Positions 10,540-18,787 of a stretch of 64,000 nt of DNA are shown in pieces; the first letter of the stretch is position 1; each line of letters opens with the position of its first letter. Origin of the DNA: a virus; IMG/VR virus record IMGVR_UViG_3300010158_000036, positions 45,332 through 109,331 of that record. The stretch is one strand, 5' to 3'. The notes beneath the pieces were generated by a model. That model was not told the origin of the DNA. It did not search any database and saw only the letters and a program-made list of their open reading frames with translations. The position numbers were made by a program, and so were the translations under genes.

Positions 10540-10792
10540 GTGATTTCATTACTCCATCTTCAATGAGCATATTAAATGCAGAATTATACATTCCTTCAGT
10601 TATGATATTGGGATCTTTATTGATGCAGGAGCTTAGTCGCAAATCTTCCAATGCTGCATGAATACCGATGTGTTTAAAATCAACGAATCCATCATCAGCC
10701 AGTTCAAACTTTATATCAAAAAGAAAAAGTTTATCATCACATCTTTTAAAGTGCCGATGTACAAATAGCATGTCACTTACTGTATCTTTCAT
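10532..10792 (-). CDS. hypothetical protein
   Basis: overlaps deaminase start. Confidence 0.55.
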   Translation of the reverse strand: MKDTVSDMLFVHRHFKRCDDKLFLFDIKFELADDGFVDFKHIGIHAALEDLRLSSCINKDPNIITEGMYNSAFNMLIEDGVMKSHE

Positions 10793-10867
10793 ATGCAGAT
10801 TCCCCTCCAGATTTACGCAAAGCTGAAATCATTTTATCTTGCGACCGTCTAAGCAAATATCCAAGAG

Positions 10868-10936
10868 TTTGGGTTATAACAGATTTCGCAATATTTAGAT
10901 TTCATATTCTTATTACTTAATAATTTTTGTAGAAGT
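10868..10936. repeat. 69-bp direct repeat, copy 1
   Basis: 66/69 identical to 11487..11555. Confidence 0.95.
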
Positions 10937-10950
10937 AGTCATATGTATAT

Positions 10951-11352
10951 TTATACAGTTTCCCATTTATTCATGATTTTTAGAAAAGCTTCGCAACGTT
11001 CTGGTGCAGAAGCTCCGATGGCATGTTCAGCATATTCAATTGCAACCCAATAATCCCAATTTTCTGTTCTTGAACAAACAGTTTCTAATTCCAAGCAATA
11101 TGTACTCCATAAAGAATTTTCACGGATGTACTTTTCAAATTCATGACAACTATTCAAGTCATGGAGATAATCAGGAATTGTTGAGAAATATGGACCGTCG
11201 GTTCCTGGGGCATATCCTGCAGGAGTTCTCATTACGGCCGAGAATATAATAGGATCTTGGATGTTACTCCAGCCCATGATTTGTGCAATCTTAATTCTTT
11301 GGTTTATTTCCTTCATAATCAGTCCAAGTGTCGGATTTATAATAGCTTTCAT
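10951..11352 (-). CDS. phage ABA-sandwich-like protein
   Basis: IAQIMGW...PDYLHDLN...A.APERCEAFLK pattern. Confidence 0.55.
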   Translation of the reverse strand: MKAIINPTLGLIMKEINQRIKIAQIMGWSNIQDPIIFSAVMRTPAGYAPGTDGPYFSTIPDYLHDLNSCHEFEKYIRENSLWSTYCLELETVCSRTENWDYWVAIEYAEHAIGASAPERCEAFLKIMNKWETV

Positions 11353-11524
11353 CGAAACTTAACCTTTTAGTACATCTTCGTTTAGCGAGAAATTTCCAAC
11401 GAGTTTCGAAAATAGTGTGACAATAATCACCAACATCCCAATCCCAACAATCATTTTGATAATCCCAAATTCGATAGGTTTTTGTCTTTGGGTTATAACA
11501 GATTTCGTAATATTTAGATTTCAT
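11291..11524 (-). CDS. hypothetical protein
   Basis: starts inside repeat copy 2 (MKSKYYEICYNP). Confidence 0.6.
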   Translation of the reverse strand: MKSKYYEICYNPKTKTYRIWDYQNDCWDWDVGDYCHTIFETRWKFLAKRRCTKRLSFDESYYKSDTWTDYEGNKPKN

Positions 11525-11555
11525 ATTCTTATTACTTAATAATTTTCGTAAAAGT
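11487..11555. repeat. 69-bp direct repeat, copy 2
   Basis: 66/69 identical to 10868..10936. Confidence 0.95.
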
Positions 11556-11781
11556 CTGTGGCGTCATATTCCTTATATTCACATATCATGTTTGGAGCAA
11601 ATATAATCTCTTCAACAATCCAGTCGGAAGGAATATCTCTATTGTTGTTCTGTTTATATTGAGTTAGATGACTTTTTATAAATTGCTTGGCAGACCAAGT
11701 CTTACCTTTCTTTGTCCAAAATGGAATTATCCCACCCTTTGAGTACAAATATTCAGAGTTTCGGATTTTATAACATTTCAT
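11536..11781 (-). CDS. hypothetical protein
   Basis: YSKGG..P.W.KKGKTW phage-type motif. Confidence 0.65.
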   Translation of the reverse strand: MKCYKIRNSEYLYSKGGIIPFWTKKGKTWSAKQFIKSHLTQYKQNNNRDIPSDWIVEEIIFAPNMICEYKEYDATDFYENY

Positions 11782-11854
11782 AATTCAATAAATAAATTCA
11801 AGTTGATCTTTATTTGCAAACACAAATTCTGAAAATGAATGAATCTTGAAATGT

Positions 11855-12181
11855 TCACATTCTTGACCGCAGAGCATCCTTGAGAATTGGGACAATCAGG
11901 TTAACCTCAGAAGTGGTCAATTCGTATAGGTCCAGCACAGGCCCACGTTTGACGACTAGGACAATCTCTCTGGTTGGGTACACCTCCACACAGGCCTCAC
12001 AATCATCAAGGAATTCGAACATTTGGCTGCCTTCAGGCATTTCACTAATTCGGGTCGGTCGCAGACAATGAAAGTTCAGAACCGCAGCCACCTGTTCGGC
12101 AGGATTTGAAGGCAAGCATCGCGCGGTACTATCAACTTGGCCGTCGCTCTCGCTCAACATATCTGAAGGGGTGATTTTCAT
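11855..12181 (-). CDS. hypothetical protein (GC-richer segment)
   Basis: 108-aa ORF, composition differs from flanks. Confidence 0.65.
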   Translation of the reverse strand: MKITPSDMLSESDGQVDSTARCLPSNPAEQVAAVLNFHCLRPTRISEMPEGSQMFEFLDDCEACVEVYPTREIVLVVKRGPVLDLYELTTSEVNLIVPILKDALRSRM

Positions 12182-12187
12182 ATTAGA

Positions 12188-12544
12188 TTATCCTTTCTTT
12201 TTGAGCTCCTTCAATTCCTTATTCAGAGTAATCAGAAAGCCCGTATAGAGCCTGATAAAGTAGTCATTGTAAAGACCGCCCTTAGTTGGATCCGCTTTGT
12301 ATGCAGCCAAACTCTTTTCAGATTCTGCGATGTCCAGTTCCTTTTCAACAATCGGAGTAAATTTCCGATAAATGAGAGGATTGACTTTTAGGTCTTCATG
12401 TTGAGCAATTGCAGCCGCAACATCTTTGGAATATGTCCGACCTGATTTATCAGGAAGGTCTTGTTCCTTGCGGGCTTTGCGCTCCGCAGCTCGTTCTTGT
12501 TTCTGAGTTGCAACGAGTGCTACGTCTTTAGTCTTAGCAGCCAT
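12188..12544 (-). CDS. hypothetical basic early protein
   Basis: first ORF after promoter at 12560-12610. Confidence 0.7.
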   Translation of the reverse strand: MAAKTKDVALVATQKQERAAERKARKEQDLPDKSGRTYSKDVAAAIAQHEDLKVNPLIYRKFTPIVEKELDIAESEKSLAAYKADPTKGGLYNDYFIRLYTGFLITLNKELKELKKKG

Positions 12545-12559
12545 ATTGTAGTGTGATAT

Positions 12560-12610
12560 CCCTTACAACAAAATTCTACTCTATTTATGACCTGATGTAA
12601 ACAAAAAAGT
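12560..12610 (-). promoter_or_regulatory. early promoter (repeat family, variant)
   Basis: GTTTACA-N17-TAGAAT then GTAAGGG. Confidence 0.8.
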
Positions 12611-12623
12611 AAATAAATTTAAA

Positions 12624-12851
12624 TTATTTTTTGTGATTTTCTTCAGGTTCTAAGGGAGGTTCTTGTTGAGAAAGAAGTTTTGGATCTATCCATTCATATT
12701 GAATTTCCGATCCATTCTTAACTGGAACTACAAATCCATGCTGAAAAGCTGAGCTCATTGTAGCATCTTCACCGGCTATAAATCCCATAACAAAGATACA
12801 TAGAACTAAAAATGGAATTAATACGAGCCCCAAAATAATATAATATTTCAT
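12624..12851 (-). CDS. membrane-anchored hypothetical protein
   Basis: hydrophobic N-terminus. Confidence 0.6.
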   Translation of the reverse strand: MKYYIILGLVLIPFLVLCIFVMGFIAGEDATMSSAFQHGFVVPVKNGSEIQYEWIDPKLLSQQEPPLEPEENHKK

Positions 12852-13246
12852 GATTTGTAATGATCTGTGTTGTAAGCAAAATGGCCAAATAATCGAACCG
12901 CGCTATAAATTAAATACCTCCTAATAAAAGACATTCCTTGAGACTTCATAGCCTCAAGAAAAAGAATATCAGCTTCTTTTTGTGTATAATTTGCCGGAAC
13001 CCATTCTCCAACATATTGAATTTCAAGCTGATTCCTATAAGCAGAATCATGAATTACAGAGGCAAACCAATCACAACTTGCTGCAGGAAAAATACTCTGA
13101 AGACATTAACCATCAGTTGTTCCAGCAATTGGCGCTCGAATTCTTCGATTATTCACCCGAACAAACTCTAGAGGTTCTAACAGAATATCCTCAAGACCGT
13201 TCGAAGTTTTCACATCGAGTGTAATATTTACAAAGCCGGGAGTCAT
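12848..13246 (-). pseudogene. DUF1353-family protein with in-frame TAA (absent from ORF track)
   Basis: MTPGF...GTTDG*CLQSIFP...ASVIHDSAY...KEADILFLEAMKSQG...IYSAVRLFG; TAA at 13106-13108. Confidence 0.75.
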
Positions 13247-13282
13247 TATTTTCTTTCTATAAGTTTAGACAATTTATAAGAC

Positions 13283-13323
13283 CTTTATCATTGATTTTCA
13301 GCGTGATAAAGTCAATGATAAAG
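13283..13323. terminator. inverted repeat, likely terminator
   Basis: CTTTATCATTGA...TCAATGATAAAG. Confidence 0.55.
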
Positions 13324-13386
13324 TTAAGCATATGCTAATGCAACCCAAAATGAGTATTTTTTATTGCTGGAATTCTATTTTTACCT

Positions 13387-13722
13387 TTACAACAAGATAT
13401 CAAATGACCAACCAGAGTCGGGTTGCATTCCTTGCTCAGACCATGCAACTCGCTTAATCCTAGGATCAACATTTTCTTGTAGAAAAGTCAAGAGCTTATC
13501 ATTAACTTCCTTTACAATTCCAGAATCTGTGTAGTGTTGCCAAATAGTTTTAGGCCCGAATAATTGAAGTCCATATGGTTGATTGCCATCACCTTCTTCA
13601 TAATCAATCCAGGAGATATCATAATGAGTAACAAGGAATTCGCCTGTGCTATTACCCCCGCCCCCCCAATAACTATCACCAGCACCGACAATGCTCACTT
13701 CATTTTGTAGTTTCTTATTCAT
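13387..13722 (-). CDS. hypothetical protein
   Basis: YTD.G...WSEQGMQ phage-type motif. Confidence 0.7.
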   Translation of the reverse strand: MNKKLQNEVSIVGAGDSYWGGGGNSTGEFLVTHYDISWIDYEEGDGNQPYGLQLFGPKTIWQHYTDSGIVKEVNDKLLTFLQENVDPRIKRVAWSEQGMQPDSGWSFDILL

Positions 13723-13725
13723 GAT

Positions 13726-13977
13726 TTAATCTAAAAATTTATCTTGACACAATTCTTTTACCATTACAGTATTCACAAATCTTTTGGGAAGAAGTTGAAC
13801 TGCACAGACACCAAGACCCAAATCTTTTATTTGAAAATGGTGAATATTTCCCCGAAATTCTACAAATTCATTCATCAGTAACCACTCCTTAGCAAGAGCT
13901 TTTGCTACTCGCAAGTTTCGACAATTATGTTTAAGAGCTTGCAACGGAATATCGTAATTACTAGTTTCCATAATCAA
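13726..13977 (-). CDS. hypothetical protein
   Basis: co-oriented ORF. Confidence 0.55.
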   Translation of the reverse strand: MIMETSNYDIPLQALKHNCRNLRVAKALAKEWLLMNEFVEFRGNIHHFQIKDLGLGVCAVQLLPKRFVNTVMVKELCQDKFLD

Positions 13978-14240
13978 AGTTTCGTAAACATTTCAAAACA
14001 ACCACCAAATGCGCCAAAAGGAGTTTGATTAAAACTACTATTAATAGCACACCATTGCGTTGCGTAAAACGGATTTTCTGCATTTGTATTTGATCCCACT
14101 AGAATCCATAAATCAGCATGGGATAGTTTGTGAAGTGTCCAGACTAGTGAACTTCCTGGATATTGAAACTGATCCCCTTCTTTTAAGTCTTTTTGTAGTG
14201 TTTTCATGATTGTGAGTAATAAGCATCCAACAGATCCCAA
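13974..14240 (-). CDS. hypothetical protein
   Basis: co-oriented ORF. Confidence 0.5.
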   Translation of the reverse strand: MGSVGCLLLTIMKTLQKDLKEGDQFQYPGSSLVWTLHKLSHADLWILVGSNTNAENPFYATQWCAINSSFNQTPFGAFGGCFEMFTKL

Positions 14241-14304
14241 ATTTCTTCCTCTGTAAGATCATCGTAATCGAACATTGTATATCCTGTAGAGTTTGTTATA
14301 TAGT

Positions 14305-14613
14305 TTAGGAGTTTGCGATTTCTTCCGGAGTAGCAATGTAAGTAAAAATTGAAGTGTCTGGCGCAGGCTCACCAGAATATTTGGCGGCTTTCTTGACGGA
14401 TTTCAATTCGGCTTTAGAAACCAAGTTGGAATCGGTTACAGCATACTTACCGGGGCTCAACTTCTTGGAATTACCCAAGAATAATTCCTTAACAATGCGA
14501 CCGGGTACCTTAAATTCCTTAGCAGTCTTACAAATAAAGACTGGAGAAAATCCTAGTTCTGAATCCGGAAGGGATTTCATGTGGGTGATAAAGGTATTCA
14601 ATTTCTTTTGCAT
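14305..14613 (-). CDS. hypothetical early protein
   Basis: first ORF after promoter at 14631-14685. Confidence 0.7.
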   Translation of the reverse strand: MQKKLNTFITHMKSLPDSELGFSPVFICKTAKEFKVPGRIVKELFLGNSKKLSPGKYAVTDSNLVSKAELKSVKKAAKYSGEPAPDTSIFTYIATPEEIANS

Positions 14614-14630
14614 TGTTGGAGCGGCTTGGG

Positions 14631-14685
14631 GGTTTCCTTACGGGCTCAATATACACCAATTCGACCTTCCTGTACACAAAAAAGT
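14631..14685 (-). promoter_or_regulatory. early promoter (repeat family)
   Basis: GTGTACA-N17-TATATT-GAGCCCGTAAGGAAACC. Confidence 0.85.
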
Positions 14686-14754
14686 ACTAAAAAATGAAAA
14701 TAATTTGGATTTCGAAGAATCCTATTGAAAATCAAGAGGTTATGGATAAAAAAG

Positions 14755-15063
14755 TCCATAATTATTCTTTGAGTTTGGAAGGAAACCAAGAGGAATTTAA
14801 GAGATTCTAAATGATTTTCAAGATTTTTTAAGTCTTAATAATTTCCTATGAAACTCAATTTACATCCTGCAAGGATGTCCTTCGGAAATTCTTTTGTTTG
14901 AATTAAGTATTTTTAAATTCAATTTCTAAGAAGTTGGATTAATTCCTGAAAGGAATTCCCGAAGGGTAATCTTAGTTTTTAGTATTGATATTATTTAAAA
15001 TATTTTTTAATTTATTTTCTATAGTAATTATAACAAACACTAAAACCCTTGTAAAGCAAAAAA
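14755..15063 (-). other. promoter-driven non-coding element A (candidate origin or ncRNA)
   Basis: TTTACA-N17-TATAAT at 15055-15027, no ORF downstream, hairpins, homologous to 60205..60500. Confidence 0.65.
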
Positions 15064-15161
15064 TGATGAAATGAGAAAATAATTATAATGAGTTCCAAGA
15101 TAAAATTGCTGAAACCAGAAAAATACTAATTCCGGCAATTCTATTATATTTTATATTTATC

Positions 15162-15905
15162 TCACTCTATTGTACGAAATTTCTTAACTATAAATTTTAG
15201 AATTTGTGATCTCACAATATCAGATTCATCAAATTCAAATGTAGTAATTCCATTTTCCAATGATTCAGTATCGTTAAAAGTATTAAATACCTTTTCGAAT
15301 CCACTATTTTTAATATCTGGTTGCATCTTGTCTCCTGCTAAAATTAATTTACTGTTCTCTCCTATGCGACTCATTACAGTTAAAATTTCAGTTTTTTCTA
15401 GTTGTTGTGATTCATCCACTAATACAAACATATTATCCCACGTATGGCCTCTAGTGTGGTTAAGCGGCATTGTATCAATAACTCCCGCTTTTTTTATTTT
15501 AAGAATATCACAATCTTCCACAATCTTGTTGATTAACTCAAACATGACTGCATTATATGGGGCCGTTTTCTCGGCTTCAGATCCTGGCAAAAACCCCATA
15601 GATTTAGAAGCACTTTCAACCATAGCTCTTACATATAGTAATTTTTCACAGGTTTTATTTTTAATCATAGTTAAAGCACAAAAAACACTCGTCCATGATT
15701 TTCCCGTACCAGCCGGGCCCTGAATTATAACAACCTTGATATTTGGATCATTAATAATTGCTATTAATTCTTTTTGTTTTTCTGTTAGTTTAAAACTGCG
15801 CTTCTTGAATTTAAAATCTAATTTATTGAAATTTTCAGTTAAGGCTGTTTCAACTTCTTTGAATTCAACTCTTCTTGGTTTCTTCTCGCGTTTTACAGTT
15901 GCCAT
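15162..15905 (-). CDS. phoH: PhoH-family ATPase
   Basis: GPAGTGKS, MGFLPGS..EK, RGHTW, DESQ, SRIGENSK, GDKMQPD, DIVRS; likely start 15905 after TATAAATA. Confidence 0.95.
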   Translation of the reverse strand: MATVKREKKPRRVEFKEVETALTENFNKLDFKFKKRSFKLTEKQKELIAIINDPNIKVVIIQGPAGTGKSWTSVFCALTMIKNKTCEKLLYVRAMVESASKSMGFLPGSEAEKTAPYNAVMFELINKIVEDCDILKIKKAGVIDTMPLNHTRGHTWDNMFVLVDESQQLEKTEILTVMSRIGENSKLILAGDKMQPDIKNSGFEKVFNTFNDTESLENGITTFEFDESDIVRSQILKFIVKKFRTIE

Positions 15906-15913
15906 ATATGAAT

Positions 15914-15939
15914 TATTTATAACCCTATAATTATAAATA
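15914..15939. promoter_or_regulatory. back-to-back T4-type late promoters
   Basis: TATAAATA on minus (15914-15921) and plus (15932-15939). Confidence 0.75.
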
Positions 15940-15946
15940 GTTTCAT

Positions 15947-16306
15947 ATGAACCTACAATTATCACTATTCCTTGCCGTTCTTAACCAAATCCGAGTAGAT
16001 CACTGGCAAACTAAAAGTTTCGCATCTCACATGGCTCTAGGAACTGCATATGATGAGCTTGATGATATCTTTGACGACTTTATTGAAAAGTTTTATGGGC
16101 GTGAAGATGTTTCAACAGAACAAGTACTATATTCTGTGGAAATTGAATCATATAGAGGAGATTCGGTAACAAGATATATAAATCTCAAAAATACACTTCT
16201 TGAATATCTTTGCACTATTACGATGGATAAACCAGATTTAAAAAATATTCAAGATGAAATTGAAGGGATTCTTAATCACTTGATTTATCGGTTGAGACAA
16301 TCATAA
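15947..16306 (+). CDS. ferritin/Dps-like four-helix protein (DUF5856-like)
   Basis: HWQT.SFA.H.ALG..YD.L....D.FIE...G; N..DEI....N...Y.L. Confidence 0.75.
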   Translation: MNLQLSLFLAVLNQIRVDHWQTKSFASHMALGTAYDELDDIFDDFIEKFYGREDVSTEQVLYSVEIESYRGDSVTRYINLKNTLLEYLCTITMDKPDLKNIQDEIEGILNHLIYRLRQS

Positions 16307-16323
16307 ACATAAAGGTATAAAAG

Positions 16324-16363
16324 GAAATCCCTGCCAAGCGAACTATAACTTGGCAGGGATTTC
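16324..16363. terminator. terminator between convergent genes
   Basis: GAAATCCCTGCCAAG...CTTGGCAGGGATTTC. Confidence 0.8.
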
Positions 16364-16384
16364 GTTGGGGTTATCAGAATTAAT

Positions 16385-16645
16385 TTATTTACCATTTCCG
16401 ATTATCAGCGCTTGTCTCCAAGAGAAATCGGAATGAAATACTTGTCCAGTGCCTGTTAGAGTACCTTCTTTGAATTGATACACAACTCCAGGTTGTAATG
16501 TAATCATCGGGGGACTATACAGGGCTGATGCTGTCAATTTTGCGTTGTTTTCTTTTGCCAAGGAGGAGGATGCGCAATTCGACATTAGCAGAATCATTTC
16601 CGCCAGCACTAATAATTTGAGTACATTTCTGAATTTCATCTTCAA
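16385..16645 (-). CDS. putative lipoprotein (o-spanin-like)
   Basis: hydrophobic stretch then MSN-C-ASSS; overlaps upstream ORF by ~130 nt. Confidence 0.4.
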   Translation of the reverse strand: MKMKFRNVLKLLVLAEMILLMSNCASSSLAKENNAKLTASALYSPPMITLQPGVVYQFKEGTLTGTGQVFHSDFSWRQALIIGNGK

Positions 16646-16742
16646 TTTTATCTAGTTCAGTTTCGAATTGCCACCTCGTCCATGCAGAATAAGCATTGCA
16701 AGCAGAAATGAGTGCCTGGAGAAATACATTCAGTGTATTCAT
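16515..16742 (-). CDS. putative i-spanin-like protein
   Basis: weakly hydrophobic N-terminus plus coiled coil; overlapped by lipoprotein ORF. Confidence 0.4.
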   Translation of the reverse strand: MNTLNVFLQALISACNAYSAWTRWQFETELDKIEDEIQKCTQIISAGGNDSANVELRILLLGKRKQRKIDSISPV

Positions 16743-16752
16743 TGTTATTCTG

Positions 16753-16968
16753 TTACTTTGGTGCGCCTGGGGTTGTTGGAGGCACTCCAGTGTCCTTGGC
16801 TTTCAGAATATTAAGTGCAAGAAAATCTAGCACGACATAAACTTTAGACCATGTTGAACCGGGTGCGGGTGTTGGCGAAATTGATGCCACGGCAGATGCG
16901 AGAGCAATAACTGCGGTTACGATGCCAAACCAGTTTTGTGATTGTAGATTTGATAGAATTTCTGTCAT
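16753..16968 (-). CDS. small membrane protein (holin-like)
   Basis: two hydrophobic segments around TP.P; TATAAATA at 17008-17015. Confidence 0.55.
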   Translation of the reverse strand: MTEILSNLQSQNWFGIVTAVIALASAVASISPTPAPGSTWSKVYVVLDFLALNILKAKDTGVPPTTPGAPK

Positions 16969-17137
16969 ATTTTTATTTTGTTATGAGAATTGAATTATCC
17001 TCAATTCTATTTATATAAATTACCTAATAGTTTTGACAATATGTGAATAAAAGTGATGCTAATATATAAATAAGAATAGATGCTGATCGCGATGTTTGAA
17101 CCATCCACCAGCTTTTCACTAGCCAATTACAACTACT

Positions 17138-18023
17138 ATGAAACAAGAAAAATATAATACAAAAGTATATATACCCGAAGGTTTAACCTGTAAAAGCCCA
17201 TACGTTTATTGGATTCAACATATTCCATCTATGATATAACATAGATGGAATATCATAGATGGAATATGAAAAGTCCACATGTGATTCTTCATTACACATG
17301 ACAGAATCTGGTTATAAAACATCATCGGAATATGTTGAAGAATTAATAGAAAGAGATGGTTTGGCTTCTTTTAGAGTATTATGTATTCGACATTTTGCAA
17401 CACCTAAAGAGGTTACTGATTATGAAAAGAAATTTCTTACCAAAGTAGATGCTAAGAATCACCTGAGATATATCAATAAGAATAACGGTTGGGGAGAACC
17501 ACTCTCAGAATAAACTATAAGGAAAATGAGAGAGACCATCAATAATAAATCAGATGAAGAAAAAGCTATCAGTAAACAAAAAGAACTTGATACAAAAAAT
17601 AATAAATCTCCAGAAGAAAAAGCTATCAGTAAACAAAAAAGACTCGATACAAATAATAATAAATCACCAGAAGCAAAAGCGGCAAAAAAACAAAAAGAAC
17701 TTGAAACCAAAAATAATAAAACTCCAGAAGAAAAAGCAGAAACTAGTAAAAAAATGAGGGATGCTAAGATTAATAGAAATCCTGAAGAAAAAGCCGCATA
17801 TGCTAAAAAACAGAGAGAGGCTAGAAAAGATTTGAGATTCTATGACAAACCTGGAGAAAAATATAAGATGTTCAAAGAACAACCAGAAGATACATCATGG
17901 GTTCTTAGATTAAATATAAAAGAATTAAAGGATCTTGGTTACCCATTATATGATCACCCAGATAAACAGTCCAAAAGGTTTCAATATCCACCAAAAGATC
18001 CAACTTGGATTCTTAGAAAATAA
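17138..18023 (+). pseudogene. degenerate GIY-YIG (Seg-like) homing endonuclease
   Basis: PYVYWI, Y.TSS.YV..LIE..G, E...L....A....Y.N..NG; stop at 17237, 14-bp tandem duplication 17240-17267, in-frame TAA 17511; TATAAATA at 17065. Confidence 0.75.
17541..17826 (+). repeat. five ~57-bp (19-aa) coding repeats
   Basis: NNKS(P/D)EEKAISKQKxLDTx units. Confidence 0.85.
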
Positions 18024-18035
18024 ATGAATGGTTTT

Positions 18036-18248
18036 TCAATGTCCTAAACCTAAACACAACGGGCAATTACAAGCAATGCTATTAGGACACCTATTCTGCC
18101 CACCAATGAATCCGGTACCGCTGCATAAGTCACATGATTTATGTTTGCAGTGCAATTCTACATTATCGCCGACGATTTCATTAAGTTGCCCTAGATGACG
18201 TACCGGAAGATGCGTCAGAAATTCTTTGTTATTTTGATTAGAGTCCAT
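18036..18248 (-). CDS. Cys-rich zinc-binding protein
   Basis: CKH..CDLC.GTG...C....C.CPLC. Confidence 0.65.
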   Translation of the reverse strand: MDSNQNNKEFLTHLPVRHLGQLNEIVGDNVELHCKHKSCDLCSGTGFIGGQNRCPNSIACNCPLCLGLGH

Positions 18249-18261
18249 ATAATTCTATTTA

Positions 18262-18609
18262 TCATTTGGATGCGGCCCATAACAATCCAATGTTCGCCAA
18301 ACAATAACACAACCATATGAAACTCCATGGATATTTCCCTTGTAGAAAATACGAAATCGCCACGATAAAATACATTCCTGCAGAAATACCAACAGCTATT
18401 GTATTAATGGTTATCGGTGGTATCATCTCAAACTCCTTACTTAATTCACGATTCATCAAATTACACTTTGTAAGATAATCATTATCATCACTTCGGCACG
18501 AGCATTGAACAACCCGATTCATCTCAAATGAGTAATTACCTTTGGGTTTTCTAGGTCCTGCAATTACTGGAATTGATTCGATTTCCATTGCGTAGGGCTC
18601 AGGTTTCAT
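18262..18609 (-). CDS. membrane protein (possibly two fused ORFs)
   Basis: C-terminal two-TM segment from MIPPITIN. Confidence 0.5.
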   Translation of the reverse strand: MKPEPYAMEIESIPVIAGPRKPKGNYSFEMNRVVQCSCRSDDNDYLTKCNLMNRELSKEFEMIPPITINTIAVGISAGMYFIVAISYFLQGKYPWSFIWLCYCLANIGLLWAASK

Positions 18610-18787
18610 GATCTTTATTTTGATATATTAATTGGATATGCAAAAGACATAAAGGAATGCAAGTTAGCCCCCAAATATAGTCTTTATGAATAAAAGATGT
18701 AATAGAATTGATTATGAATAATAGTGCAACAAAACCTAAACCGATATTAATGTTTTTCATCGTAAGTATTTTCATTTTGATAGCCAT
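18599..18787 (-). CDS. small membrane protein
   Basis: two hydrophobic segments. Confidence 0.55.
   Translation of the reverse strand: MAIKMKILTMKNINIGLGFVALLFIINSITSFIHKDYIWGLTCIPLCLLHIQLIYQNKDHET

Noticed and set aside
12938-13224. Plus-strand ORFs 12938..13171 and 12982..13224
   Set aside because: Antisense shadows of the interrupted DUF1353 gene.
17541-17826. 57-bp repeats as a CRISPR array
   Set aside because: In-frame coding repeats with no unique spacers.
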